Shown here: piece by piece, positions 21,140-32,471 of the stretch
How positions within the stretch are numbered: position 1 is the stretch's first letter
Layout of the letters: each line of letters begins with the position of its first letter
Notes under the pieces: generated by a model
Told to the model about the DNA's origin: nothing
Database searches by the model: none
Seen by the model: the letters and a program-made list of their open reading frames with translations, nothing else
NCBI GenBank assembly: GCA_963666985.2
Contig: CAXXIA010000002.1
Span: forward strand, 1,856,001 to 1,920,000
Origin: Spirochaetia bacterium
GTDB lineage: Bacteria; Spirochaetota; Spirochaetia; DSM-2461
Direction of reading: 5' to 3'
DNA length: 64,000 bases
Made by a program: the position numbers and the translations under genes

Positions 21140-21697
21140 ATGAATAATAAAAGATCCTTCTTTTTAATTGTCATTTCAATCGTCGTTATTTCATTGCCAC
21201 CAATTTTCTATATTTTAAATTTTTGGGGAACTCCTCTTTCTTCAGAAAATATTGACTGGGGTGAATTTGGTTCTTATATTGGAGGAATCCTTACTCCAAT
21301 TCTATCTGTTATTACAATTCTAATACTAATTTTCCAGCAAATTAATTATCGAAAAGAAAATGAAAAATACAAAAAAGAGAAAATAGTTAATACCTACATT
21401 GATCTTTTATTTAAGGCTGAAGAAAAGTTAAGTAATACTGAAGAAGAAACAAAAAAGTTCCTTCCTCCAAGATATCAAAGAGTTAGCAAATCAGAGAATC
21501 CTAAAAATACTGGAGATTATCAGATAATTTGGGATTTTGTTGATGATTGGATATTATATAAAAAAATACAAGATAAAATTGCACTGATAGATCCAGAAAA
21601 TCCTGTAATTTCATATGCAAAAAATAAGTACAAAGATATTTTAATAACTCTTGAATCGCTAAAATATATAAAATTGAATAAGATTTATACGTTGTAG
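21140..21697 (+). CDS. Two-TM membrane protein
   Basis: DWGEFGSYIGGILTPILS motif. Confidence 0.75.
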   Translation: MNNKRSFFLIVISIVVISLPPIFYILNFWGTPLSSENIDWGEFGSYIGGILTPILSVITILILIFQQINYRKENEKYKKEKIVNTYIDLLFKAEEKLSNTEEETKKFLPPRYQRVSKSENPKNTGDYQIIWDFVDDWILYKKIQDKIALIDPENPVISYAKNKYKDILITLESLKYIKLNKIYTL

Positions 21698-21745
21698 TAT
21701 TTCTTTGTCGAATAAAGAAAATTGTTTCCCATTAAATATTCCAGC

Positions 21746-21954
21746 CGATAACAGCTGTTGATGCGCTCCGGCTGATAACGGGGTTATCAGCCTTCGGGGC
21801 TTCGCCCAAATTTGCCTCTGTCATAGATTTTGCGTAAGTCTGACGTTGTGGTAAGATGAGTTGCAGTATGCGGTTGATATTGTGAAGAAACGCAAAATCT
21901 CCGCCAGTCGCCTTCGGCGAACGGCAAACTTCGCATAACAGCGGAACGTTAAAG
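21746..21954 (+). repeat. attC-like site 11
   Basis: CGATAAC...GTTAAAG. Confidence 0.9.
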
Positions 21955-22285
21955 GAAATTCGGACGACGACAATGAGCGACCAGGACATCCTTTACATTT
22001 TAGGTTCAGGACATCGTTTACACTAAACAAGTTTAAACGAAGCATTTGAACCCATCAACAGAGGGTATAAATGCAAATGTTTTCCGATCAATTTCTCCTA
22101 ATCTTAAATTGTCAAACCAGACGGTAAAAGTCTCATCTTCATTTTCTCGAAGACCAACTTGGTATCCAACAAAGACATAACTGACGAAAATCCTGTGTCG
22201 GTCTATGGTCACCGCCCCACGATTATTTATCATTCTCACCTCATATCCGGATGGATATGGAATTCCCAGACTTCTATAGACACCT

Positions 22286-23104
22286 CTAGCTTGCAATAGA
22301 ACCCTTTTCAAATTCAACCGGAGAGATCCCGCCAAGATGCTTGTGGCGACGCTTCCGGTTGTAAAATGCTTCAATATAATCGAACACATCAGACCGTGCT
22401 TCATCCCTTGTTCGATATGTCTTCCGGCGAATCCGTTCCTTCTTCAAACTACCAAAGAATGATTCCATGGCTGCATTGTCCCAGCAGTTTCCACGACGGC
22501 TCATACTTCTCTTCAGTCCGTTGTCACGACAGAATCTAATCCAGTCACCGCTGTCAAATTGGCCGCCCTGATCGGAATGGATAAGGACTTTGTTTTTCGG
22601 GCGTCTCTTCCAAACAGCTGTCAGTAAGGCCTGGATAACCAGATCACGATGAAGCGTGTTCTGCATGGACCAGCCGATGATTCTCCTGGAATAAAGATCC
22701 ATGACAACTGCGAGATACAGCCAACCTTCATGAGTTCGAATATAGGTAATATCCGTTGTCCACGCAGTATCGGGTTCTTCTACATTAAAGTCCTGCTGGA
22801 GATGGTTCGGGGCAGCCTGGGACGGTTTTCCATACTTGAATCGACGCATCTTGAAGCCGACCATCGCCCTGATACCATGCTCTCGCATGATTCTGGCTAC
22901 TCGATGGACGCTGCAGGATTCTCCGTCTTCCATCAAATCCTCATGGATTCGTGGACTTCCGTAGACCTGATCGCTTTCTTCGTAGAAGTGGCGAATCTTC
23001 TTCAACAACCGAATGTCTTCAATCTTTCTCTCTGATTGAGGTTTTCTCAACCATGCATAGAATCCGCTTCGATTGACATCGAGAACCCGGCACATAGTCT
23101 TCAC
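22286..23104 (-). CDS. IS3 OrfB transposase
   Basis: WTTDITY, HSDQG, DNAAMESFF. Confidence 0.92.
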   Translation of the reverse strand: MKTMCRVLDVNRSGFYAWLRKPQSERKIEDIRLLKKIRHFYEESDQVYGSPRIHEDLMEDGESCSVHRVARIMREHGIRAMVGFKMRRFKYGKPSQAAPNHLQQDFNVEEPDTAWTTDITYIRTHEGWLYLAVVMDLYSRRIIGWSMQNTLHRDLVIQALLTAVWKRRPKNKVLIHSDQGGQFDSGDWIRFCRDNGLKRSMSRRGNCWDNAAMESFFGSLKKERIRRKTYRTRDEARSDVFDYIEAFYNRKRRHKHLGGISPVEFEKGSIAS

Positions 23105-23142
23105 TCTGAATTCAGCCCTGTAGTTTTTGATGAAGGCATATC

Positions 23143-23439
23143 TTACTCGGACTGACTCGCGAAGTATGCCGCGGCTTTTTTTAAGATATCTCGCTCTTCC
23201 TGCACCCGCCGCAGCTCTGCTTTCAGCCTGGCATTCTCGACTTCAAGCTCCTTATTTGCTTTTGCCGATTCTGGTGCTTTTGGATTTCGAGAATCGGCCT
23301 TCAGCCACTTATAGAGGCTATGGGTTGAGACTCCTATACGCTCAGAGACTTCCTTGATGGAGTAGCCCCGCTCAACAACCTGGCCGACTGCTTCTGCCTT
23401 GAATTCGTCCGAATATCGCGGACTTCCCATGATGTACAC
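23143..23439 (-). CDS. IS3 OrfA
   Basis: YSDEFKAEAV...ERDILKKAAAYF; A7G slippery site. Confidence 0.92.
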   Translation of the reverse strand: MYIMGSPRYSDEFKAEAVGQVVERGYSIKEVSERIGVSTHSLYKWLKADSRNPKAPESAKANKELEVENARLKAELRRVQEERDILKKAAAYFASQSE

Positions 23440-25274
23440 TCCTTCCTCATTTTGAGTTTAGCAGTGTCTATCAAAAGCTGGGAATTCCAATAAATCACCT
23501 GTGGAATCTGAGAAGGGAAGGGCCGTTTGGACTTTGTGTAAACACTTCCGGGAGTCTGCATTTTAAGAGCTTCATGAGGTCGAACACTGTTGAACTGATT
23601 TCTCCAGACATCAAAATGCGCCTGATGTTCAGAGAGGTTACCCTGAATCTGTCCCTGTAATTCCCGTTTGATATCGGCATGCATTCTCTCATGCCCCCCG
23701 TTCTCACAAGGTCGTCCCGGAGTGATGCGATCAAGTTCGATTCCCAAGGCCAACCACCAAACACTTAAGCGTGTGAGCCCCAGCAGTCCCTTCATGGAGG
23801 CAAAGGGAGGTCCGTTGTCGGACCTAATGACTCTGGGCATTCCATAGATGGAAAAGAGCTTCTCAAACTCGGTTCTAACTTCTTGTGTGTCAGCCTTTTG
23901 GAGTGCTTTGATGGTAAAGATGTATTTGGAAAACTCATCCCGAACGGTCAAAGGTTCACATCGTTCTCCCTCGGGAGTATACCACCAGCCTTTGAAATCC
24001 ACGGTCCAGATGTCATTCGGCTGCTTGGCTTGAAGACGGCTCTGGATTCGCTGAGATTTATTCTGCCGGCGTTTCTTTCGGTGCACTACCAGACCTGCTT
24101 TATCCAGGATGCGTTTCACGGTGGTCAGACTTGGACTCTCCTGGTGGGGATGTGTCTTCTGGTAGATATCGAGGATTTTCTTTGGCCCCCATTTGGTGTG
24201 TCGTGATTTGATTCGGACGATGTCGCAGATGACATTCTCCGGTGTCTGGTGAGGGCAGATACGAGGTTTCCTGGTTCTTTCATTCAGGCCGGCGAGCCCT
24301 TCCTGAATAAACCGGTTTTTCCATTTAAGGCCTGTCGGCCGGGAGATCCCGTACTCAGCACAGAGGTCTTTCATACAGACATGGGGATCCATGGCCTTGA
24401 GGGCGAACTCGAATTTGACGTCCATAATATTGGTCTCCTTCCACGGCATAATCAGCACCTCGATAAGGGAAAGTACTGATCATTTTAGTCCTTGTCGTGT
24501 AAAGGATGTCCTGGTACTCTCGTGTAAACGATGTCGTGGACCCGTACCGACAAGAAAGGGGCTTCTTTTTTTGAGGTGTTTTTCTATGGCAACTCTTTCC
24601 CTTTTATTTGGCTAAGTACGTGAACCTAAACCCCTTCAAGTGTGAATTTCTTTTTTGAGGCCTTCCACCTCTGTAAAAGATAAAGGTCAATTTAATCCGG
24701 CTTTCTCCTCACCCCAACACCATAACAAACATCTTTATATGAGAATCCAGAACGCATCGGAACATTTCTCGCTTCATTCTTAGATACTTTTAGTGCGAAG
24801 GCGGTCAGTTCCAGAGAAGTTGTCAGAGAGACTTTTATGGTTATTAAAAAGAATGGGAGTTGCTCATAGTTGAATCCTTCGCAGTTAATAAATCTCGCAT
24901 CGAAAAAGGATACGCTTATGAATTATTGGGTTCAAGAAGATTGGGTGGTAGCCTAAGAGTATGAATTAATGAATTTACTGTTCATGGAGATTGTTATGGC
25001 CGTGGTTCGCTATTAATGGTTTAGGCAGAACGCTTTAAGAGCATGCCTGTGTATATGGAGAAGATGAACAAAAGGTTTTATAGAATCCGTTCTGATAGAA
25101 GAGTGGTCTTGGAAGGCTAATCGCATCAGAAGATGTCCTTGTAAAGTGAAGAGGCGGGGAAAGTGTAAATACTGGTCAGTATGCTGAGAATAAAAAATGT
25201 TCCGATGAAAGAATCAAAACGGAAGAGGGGGTGAGGAGCAAGAGAGGTTGGTAAGGGCTCGTCGTCCGAACTTC

Positions 25275-25506
25275 CTTTAACAGCTGTTGATGCGCGGCGG
25301 CCGCTAATGGAATTAGCGGCCTTGGGCCGAGGAGATGTGTATTATTTAAGAATTATGCCATTTGCCAAAGAGATCATTCACATTGATTCGGCTCGGCCAA
25401 ATTGGCCCTTTGACCAAACCCTGCGAAAATTGTGATACAATTTCCTTGAGTTTGTTCAAGCCCGCAAGGGGCCGGGCCAACTTCGCATACCAGCGGAACG
25501 TTTGAC
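25275..25506 (+). repeat. attC-like site 12
   Basis: CTTTAAC...GTTTGAC. Confidence 0.88.
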
Positions 25507-25576
25507 GATAAAATCTGAAATATCTTTTTGAGTCATCTATGCATCAATAAATTGCGATTAATTTACCATAAATAAA

Positions 25577-26424
25577 TTATTCAACTTTGTAGACATGAAG
25601 TCCATTCATCTGATTAGCCAGATAGATGAAGTTTCCATCACCCCATACGTCATAGGCAATTCCTCCTTGGTCATCTGAATCAATAGAGGTCAGATTTCCC
25701 GAAGAGTCAACCGAATAACTGTAAATACCATTTCCACCACGAGCAACATATAAGAAATTTCCATCACCACATACACTATAGGCAGTTGTTCCCAAAGCCT
25801 CGGAATCGATATGGGTTAAGTTTCCTGAAGAGTCAACTGAATAACTGTAAATACCACTTCCACCACGAGCAACATATATAAAGTTTCCATCACCCCATAC
25901 AGCATAGGCATCCTGACCGGGATCATCGCAATCGATATGGGTTAGATTTCCTGAAGAATCAACCGAATAGCTGTGAAGTCCTCCTTCTCCATTAGCTAAA
26001 TAGATAAAATCATCATCACCCCACACACCACGTGCAATTTCTCCCGGATCATCGGAATCGATGAGGGTTAGATTTCCTGAAGAATCAACAGAAAAACTGT
26101 AAATCCCACTTGTTCCATTAGCTAAATATATGAAGTCTTCATCACCCCATACATCAAATGCAAATCCTCCATGGTCATCAGAATCGATCTTGTTTAGAAT
26201 CCCTGAAGAGTCAACCGAATAGCTAAGGAGTCCTCTATATCCATTAGCTAGATATATAAAGTTTCCATCACCCCATACACCCAAGGCCAATTCTCCCGGA
26301 TCATCGGAATCGATGTGGGATAGAATCCCGGAAGAATCAACCGAATAGGTTTTAAAACTTCCAGAAAAGTTTGCAATATAAACGAAGTCACCATCACTCC
26401 AAACACCATTTGCTTGACTACCTG
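25577..26424 (-). pseudogene. LVIVD-repeat beta-propeller protein, 5'-truncated by IS3
   Basis: Tandem 40-aa repeats VWGDGNFIYLANG..GL.SYSVDSSGNLT.IDSDD; ORF start falls in IS end. Confidence 0.8.
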
Positions 26425-26454
26425 TGAACCACACCGGGATTCCCGGAGGCTGTT

Positions 26455-27366
26455 TTAGTTGAGTCCGGCAGCTACTGCCGAACATTCTTCCTGTTCATAA
26501 TACATCGATTCAAACTTCGCCGGGGGGATATCTCCAAGCGGCTCCATGATTCGGCGGTTGTTGTACCAGTCCACCCAGTCCAGGGTTTCCAATTCAACCT
26601 GTTCTATTCTCTGCCATGAGCTCCTCCGGTGGATGACTTCGGCTTTGTAGAGACCGTTGATAGTCTCAGCCATTGCGTTATCGTACGAGTCTCCTTTGCT
26701 CCCAACCGAAGGCTCGATACCGGCCTCTGTCAATCGATCCGAATATCGAAACGAAAGATACTGCCTTCCACGATCACTGTGATGAATCAGACCGTCGACT
26801 ACTTCCCTGGCCCAAAGCGCCTGATTGAGCGCATCAAGAGTAAAGTCGGTTTTCATCGACCGGCTAGCTCGCCAACCGACGATCATCCGGGAGAAGACAT
26901 CAATGATGAAGGCAACATAGACGAAGCCCTGCCAGGTGGAAACGTAGGTGAAATCCGCAACCCAAAGCCGATTCGGCTTGGAAGCTGTGAAATCTCTGTT
27001 AACCAGATCCTCGGGTCTTTCATCTTTCGGTGACGGGAAGGTGGTCTTGGTTCCCTTGCCCCGAATGACGCCTCTGAGACCCATAGAACGCATAAGACGT
27101 TCGACGGTACACCTGGCTACATGGAGATGCTTCTCATTTCTAAGAACCTTCCAGACTTTCCTGGCGCCGTAGACTCTACGGTTCTCATCCCATATCTCCT
27201 GAATCTCATTTTTAAGAAACCGGTCTCGACGTGTTCGATCAGGTTCGAGTTCAGGATCAGCTTCTCTTGCTTTTTGTAGATGATAGGTCGACGGAGCAAT
27301 CGGCAGTGATTTGCAGATAGGCTCGACTCCATATTCTTCCCGGTTCTCATTGATAAAACCGACCAT
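26455..27366 (-). CDS. IS3 OrfB transposase
   Basis: WVADFTYV, HHSDRG, DNAMAETINGLYK. Confidence 0.92.
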   Translation of the reverse strand: MVGFINENREEYGVEPICKSLPIAPSTYHLQKAREADPELEPDRTRRDRFLKNEIQEIWDENRRVYGARKVWKVLRNEKHLHVARCTVERLMRSMGLRGVIRGKGTKTTFPSPKDERPEDLVNRDFTASKPNRLWVADFTYVSTWQGFVYVAFIIDVFSRMIVGWRASRSMKTDFTLDALNQALWAREVVDGLIHHSDRGRQYLSFRYSDRLTEAGIEPSVGSKGDSYDNAMAETINGLYKAEVIHRRSSWQRIEQVELETLDWVDWYNNRRIMEPLGDIPPAKFESMYYEQEECSAVAAGLN

Positions 27367-27686
27367 CAGTTCTTTCGGCGGTCGAGCTCCGCCTGGGCAA
27401 AATACGCTGAGGCCTTTCGAAGAATTTCGTTGGCAGTACGAAGTTCTCGATTCTCCTTTTCCAGCTCTTTAAGACGCTTACGCTCTTCACTGGTTAGACC
27501 ATCCCGCTGCCCTTCATCGATTTCTGCCTGCCGAACCCATTTCCGGAGTGTTTCGGGTGTACAGCCGATCTTAGCGGATATTGAACAAATCGCCGACCAC
27601 TGAGATTCGCTGTCCTTCTGCTTCTCAAACACCATCCGGACAGATTGTTCCCGGACTTCCTTGGGGTACCTTGTTTGCTTTCCCAT
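27366..27686 (-). CDS. IS3 OrfA
   Basis: ETLRKWVRQAE...NEILRKASAYFAQAELDR. Confidence 0.92.
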   Translation of the reverse strand: MGKQTRYPKEVREQSVRMVFEKQKDSESQWSAICSISAKIGCTPETLRKWVRQAEIDEGQRDGLTSEERKRLKELEKENRELRTANEILRKASAYFAQAELDRRKN

Positions 27687-27736
27687 GACACAATCCTCTC
27701 AAGTAATTGTGCCTCCGGTAAAGCCGGGGTGGTTCA

Positions 27737-28401
27737 CTACTCATTCAAATGATGCGTTAGTACCTCTACCCGACAAAGCTATCTGGGCTGCAACAAATAA
27801 GAATCTTTATCAAGGCCGACTTGATGTTCGATCACTTAGAGCAATTACTGGAACTATAGAATCAGAACTTGCTGTCTTTACAGAAGACCTTTTTGCAAAA
27901 GAATGGATAGAAAGTATCCTTCGACACAACGCTATTGAAAATTTCGACAGAATTGAGGTGCATGCTCTTTCAGGTGATGGTACTGCAGTTAAACTTCACA
28001 AGAATCACAACGCAGATCCAGCTGTGAAAGTACCGTCAATATGTTTCATTGATGGAGATTCCAAGCAGGAAGAATCTGAGGACCTAATGATCTATCGACT
28101 GCCAGGAGAATGCCCTGAGTCTTATATCTGTAACAAAGTTAATGATAAAATCGATGAGTTTATGGCAGAACTTGCTATTTCGTTGCATCTTGCTTATGAA
28201 AAACAAGAAAGAGTTAAAGAGGTTATTGGCTCAATTCTAACAACGAACTACGATCCTCATTTATTATTTTCACAGATTGGTAAGAAAATCGCATTTGTAT
28301 CTGAAACCATAGTACGAAACGCATTCCTTTCGATTTGGAATAAATCCTATAGCAGTGAATCTGGAGAGATCTATAGAACAATTAGTTCACATCTAACTTA
28401 A
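27737..28401 (+). pseudogene. C-terminal remnant of ABC-ATPase + TOPRIM-like (OLD-type) protein
   Basis: TTHS H-loop right at IS edge, VFTED and FIDGD motifs. Confidence 0.65.
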
Positions 28402-28447
28402 TGATCGCTATATTTATAAGAAAATCATGTGCTGAAATGTTCTGTTC

Positions 28448-28653
28448 GTTTAACAGCTGTTGATGCGCTCCGGCGGTAACGAGGTTACCGCCTCCGGGGC
28501 TCTGCCCAAATTTGCCTCTGTCATAGATTTTGCGGAAGGCTTTCGCTGTGATAAAATGAGTTGCGGTTAGCGGTTGAAGTTGTGAAGAAGCGCAAAATCT
28601 CCGCCAGTCGCTTGAGCGAACGGCAAACTTCGCATAACAGCGGAACGTTAGAC
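28448..28653 (+). repeat. attC-like site 13
   Basis: GTTTAAC...GTTAGAC. Confidence 0.9.
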
Positions 28654-28817
28654 GGCGTTCTCGTTTAAATCCATATATAGAAAAAAATAGTTATAGATTA
28701 AGGTTAATTCAATATAGGCAAAGTATGTACATGATCCGGTTTATGCGTGCAAGAAAACAAAATAAATGCACATAATAGTGTTGATAAGTTCCTAAAACCT
28801 CCTAATATGTACATAAG

Positions 28818-29903
28818 ATGACGAGCGCATACAACGATTTACCACTACTACCACCTACAGCAGATTTGCAGACGAAAGAACTCCTCAAAGCAGCAATAAG
28901 CGCTAACGTAGAGCTTGCCCGGTTAAAGGGATACTGTACTCTTCTTCCCAACGATTCAATTCTACTAAGCTCTCTCGTCTTAAAAGAGGCGAGGGCTAGT
29001 TCTAATATTGAAAATATCATCACAACGCACGATGCACTTTATCAGGCAGCGGCCAGTAAGAGTCCGGTTACAGATCCTCAGACTAAAGAGGTTTTGAATT
29101 ACCGAGCAGCGCTGTATCGAGGTAATGCTTTCATTCGAGAAAAAGGTATTTTAACGGTTAATACAATCCTTGGGATTCAAGAAGAACTTGAAAAAAACTC
29201 TGCCGGCATCAGACGTCTTCCAGGAACGAGTCTGGTAAATGATTCCACTGGAGAGGTTATCTATACGCCACCGGACAATCCTGATTCGATACAAGCACTT
29301 CTTAAGAATTTAGAGGTTTATATCAATACCGATGATGATATGGATGCACTGATAAAAATGGCGGTCATTCATTATCAGTTTGAATCAATTCATCCTTTTT
29401 ATGATGGTAACGGGAGAACCGGAAGAATCCTCAACGTTCTTTTTCTAGTGCTTAAAGGGTTGCTGGATAGTCCTATTCTTTATTTGAGCTCTTATATCAA
29501 TAGAAACCGATCAGAATATTATAAACGGCTTCAATCGGTTCGAACAAATGAAGGATGGGAAAGTTGGATTGGATTTATGCTCAAAGCGGTTGAGGTGACA
29601 TCGAAAGAAACGTTGCTGCTTATCACTTCCATCACAGCACTTATGGAAAGTACAACGGAAAAGGCGAAGTTGGGTTTACCATCAACCAGTTATTCAAAAG
29701 AGTTAATCGAGTTGATATTTGAAAATCCGTATACGAAAATCGAGCATGTTGTAAATCGTGGTTTGGCGGAACGCCGAACAGCGAGTAAGTATCTCAAGCA
29801 GTTGGAGGGAATAGGGATTCTCCAATCATACAAGGCGGGTAAAGAGATTCTGTTTATCAATAAAGGCCTTTATGAAGTATTAAAGAGAGAGAACGCCGTC
29901 TAA
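28818..29903 (+). CDS. Fic family protein (Fic_N + Fic + wHTH)
   Basis: HPFYDGNGRTGR; ASSNIENI inhibitory motif. Confidence 0.92.
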   Translation: MTSAYNDLPLLPPTADLQTKELLKAAISANVELARLKGYCTLLPNDSILLSSLVLKEARASSNIENIITTHDALYQAAASKSPVTDPQTKEVLNYRAALYRGNAFIREKGILTVNTILGIQEELEKNSAGIRRLPGTSLVNDSTGEVIYTPPDNPDSIQALLKNLEVYINTDDDMDALIKMAVIHYQFESIHPFYDGNGRTGRILNVLFLVLKGLLDSPILYLSSYINRNRSEYYKRLQSVRTNEGWESWIGFMLKAVEVTSKETLLLITSITALMESTTEKAKLGLPSTSYSKELIELIFENPYTKIEHVVNRGLAERRTASKYLKQLEGIGILQSYKAGKEILFINKGLYEVLKRENAV

Positions 29904-30110
29904 CAGCTGTTGATGCGCTCCGAATACATTTGCAAGCAAATGTATTCTCCGGGGCTCCGCCCAAATTTCGCTTTGTCATGGCTCTTGCAGATGCGTTTCT
30001 GTAAGTTGTGTGATAATCTGAAGAGCGAACGGGCTTTCTGTTAAAGGCAAGAGCACATGCCAACCGGCTGCGCCGGCCGCGAAACTTCGCATACCAGCGG
30101 AACGTTAAAT
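29898..30110 (+). repeat. attC-like site 14
   Basis: GTCTAAC...GTTAAAT. Confidence 0.9.
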
Positions 30111-30128
30111 GAAAACACAAAATAAATT

Positions 30129-31471
30129 TGAGCGACCAGGACATCCTTTACATTTTAGGTTCAGGACATCGTTTACACAAAACAAGCTTAAACGAAGCAT
30201 TTGAATCCATCAACTGAAGGGAGAAAGGCATAGGTTTTCAAATCAATTTCTCCCAATCTGAGATTGTCAAACCATACGGTGAAGCTCTCATCCTCATTCT
30301 CCCGAAGTCCAACTTGGTATCCTGAAAAGACATAACTGACAAAGACTCTATGCCTGTCGATAGTAACGGCTCCCCGATTATTCACCATTCTCACCAGATA
30401 CCCGGCCGGGTAGATCACCTGAGGGATTCGAGGAGGGAAAGGCCGATTGGACTTTGTGTAAATACTTCCGGGAGTCTGCATTTTGAGAGCTTCATGCGGA
30501 CGAACACTGTTGAATTGATTTCTCCAAACATCAAAGTGTGCCTGATGTTCTGAGAGGTTCCCTTGAATCTGTCCCTGCAATTCGCGTTTGATATCGGCAT
30601 GCATTCTTTCATGCCCTCCGTTTTCACAAGGCCTTCCTGGAGTGATGCGATCAAGTTCAATTCCCAAGGCCAGCCACCAAACACTTAAGCGGGTGAGTCC
30701 GAGTAATCCCTTCATGGAAGCAAAGGGTGGTCCGTTATCGGAGCGGATTACCCGAGGGATTCCATAGAGAGAAAAGAGCTTTTCGAACTCTGTTCTAACT
30801 TCTTGTGTGTCAGCCTTTTGGAGAGCTTTGATGGTGAAGATGTATTTGGAGTATTCATCCCGAACCGTCAGAGGTTCACACTTTTCATTATCGGGAGTGT
30901 ACCACCATCCTTTGAAGTCGACCGTCCAGATATCATTAGGGGCTTTGGCCTGCAGATGTGTTTGGATTCGGCTGCCTTTGGTCTGCTGCCGTTTCTTTCG
31001 ATGATGAACCAGTCCTGCTTTATCAAGGATGCGTTTGACGGTGGTGAGGCTTGGGGGATTATTATGAGGATGGGTCTTCTGGTAGATCTCGAGAATCTTT
31101 TTTGGCCCCCAGCTGGAGTTGTGCAACGTCTTGATCCGGATAATACCGCATATAACGTCTTCAGGCGTTTGGTTGGGGCTGCTGCGAGGTCTACGGGGTC
31201 GTTCCTTCAACCCGGCGAGCCCTTCCTGGATAAACCGGTTTTTCCATTTAAGGCCTGTCGGCCGGGAGATCCCGTACTCAGCACAGAGGTCTTTCATACA
31301 GACATGGGGATCCATGGCCTTGAGGGCGAACTCGAATTTGACGTCCATAATATTGGTCTCCTTCCACGGCATAACCAGCACCTCGATAAGGGAAAGTGCT
31401 GATCATTTTAGTTCTTGTCGTGTAAAGGATGTCCTGGTACTCTCGTGTAAACGATGTCCTGAACCCGTACC
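30129..31471 (-). mobile_element. IS481-family element, variant 1
   Basis: AATT duplication (30125-30128 / 31472-31475). Confidence 0.92.
30188..31372 (-). CDS. IS481-family transposase
   Basis: Same protein as 9351-10535. Confidence 0.92.
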   Translation of the reverse strand: MPWKETNIMDVKFEFALKAMDPHVCMKDLCAEYGISRPTGLKWKNRFIQEGLAGLKERPRRPRSSPNQTPEDVICGIIRIKTLHNSSWGPKKILEIYQKTHPHNNPPSLTTVKRILDKAGLVHHRKKRQQTKGSRIQTHLQAKAPNDIWTVDFKGWWYTPDNEKCEPLTVRDEYSKYIFTIKALQKADTQEVRTEFEKLFSLYGIPRVIRSDNGPPFASMKGLLGLTRLSVWWLALGIELDRITPGRPCENGGHERMHADIKRELQGQIQGNLSEHQAHFDVWRNQFNSVRPHEALKMQTPGSIYTKSNRPFPPRIPQVIYPAGYLVRMVNNRGAVTIDRHRVFVSYVFSGYQVGLRENEDESFTVWFDNLRLGEIDLKTYAFLPSVDGFKCFV

Positions 31472-31522
31472 AATTTATTAAGTTATAATTATATAAATCC
31501 TGTAGAAATAGAGGAGTAAAAC

Positions 31523-32446
31523 TTGAAAATTCGAATAGCACCTATTATTGCATTGGCATTCCTTTTATTATCCTGTGCAACTATTGATAATGAACCTCTC
31601 GAAAAAGAATCCATACCAAATGTAGTCTTCACGAATAGTTTTTCTGATATTAGGTCACCAGTAAATGGCAATGTAATTCAAGTCGAGAAAACCGATTCAG
31701 GTGGATTCAATGTTGCAATAGAAACTTCAATTTCATATTGGTATCAGGATTCAGAAAGAGAAGAAAGGATTGGATACAATTTGTTTATATTCAATTTAAG
31801 CGAGGTAGAAGTTTTTGAAGGAGAAATAAGATACGGTGATGTAATCGGTATATCTTCAGATTCAACTTGGCTTTCCGCGTGCGCCGAAAAAATTGATCCT
31901 GCACTAATTCGATACACAAAGAATGAACCTCAAAAAGTAAATGATGTATGGTGGTACTCCCCAGACTGGATTATATCGACAACATTTAAGCCATTTTCCT
32001 ATAGGCCTGTACCATCGTTAGAATATGCAGCAGAAGATTTCTTCCAGAGATGGGCCCGCGAAGGGTGTGAAGCTAGAGGATATACGATTCACCATTTCCC
32101 CGATCTTGATAGAATTCGTGTTAAGACCACAATGGACTCATATCCAGAACTACAAGATGTAAATGGTGCAGTAACACTAACTGAATCCACTTATTATCAC
32201 TGCACGGGAGTTTTTGTCTCAAAATCAATAGTTTTACGTGAAGGATATGATGTTGCTTTATGGTGGCAAAAAGACTTCGACAAATGGCTTCGAGAAGAAT
32301 ACAAACTAGGCGAAGAAGTATGGTTGTATTGTACTTTCTTTACACTAGATCATGAGAATCAAGAATTAGTTGTATTTGTTAGGGATTTTGTTTTTGAAGA
32401 TCAAATTGAAGTAGCAAAAGACCGAATAAAAAATCTAATTCAGTAG
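31523..32446 (+). CDS. Putative lipoprotein
   Basis: GAGGAG RBS, LLLSC lipobox. Confidence 0.75.
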   Translation: MKIRIAPIIALAFLLLSCATIDNEPLEKESIPNVVFTNSFSDIRSPVNGNVIQVEKTDSGGFNVAIETSISYWYQDSEREERIGYNLFIFNLSEVEVFEGEIRYGDVIGISSDSTWLSACAEKIDPALIRYTKNEPQKVNDVWWYSPDWIISTTFKPFSYRPVPSLEYAAEDFFQRWAREGCEARGYTIHHFPDLDRIRVKTTMDSYPELQDVNGAVTLTESTYYHCTGVFVSKSIVLREGYDVALWWQKDFDKWLREEYKLGEEVWLYCTFFTLDHENQELVVFVRDFVFEDQIEVAKDRIKNLIQ

Positions 32447-32471
32447 ATGTGGTTTCTAAAGAAATGTTTTC

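Larger units (their letters stand above)
22258..23489 (-). mobile_element. IS3-family element A, copy 1
   Basis: TGGAATTCCCAG IRs, ATA target duplication. Confidence 0.93.
22033..24449 (-). pseudogene. IS481 transposase split by IS3
   Basis: Reading frame resumes on both sides of 22258-23489. Confidence 0.88.
21974..24548 (-). mobile_element. IS481-family element, variant 2, with nested IS3
   Basis: GACAA target duplication (21969-21973 / 24549-24553). Confidence 0.92.
21948..25281. other. ORF-less cassette family N1, divergent copy b, interrupted by IS481
   Basis: Same termini as N1a; colinear conserved blocks in 24549-25281. Confidence 0.75.
26425..27736 (-). mobile_element. IS3-family element B (IS51/IS629-like), no target duplication
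   Basis: TGAACCACACCGG / CCGGGGTGGTTCA IRs; flanks CTG vs CTA. Confidence 0.92.

Noticed and set aside
25577..26424. 120-bp tandem DNA repeats as a non-coding array
   Set aside because: In-frame LVIVD protein repeats with synonymous variation
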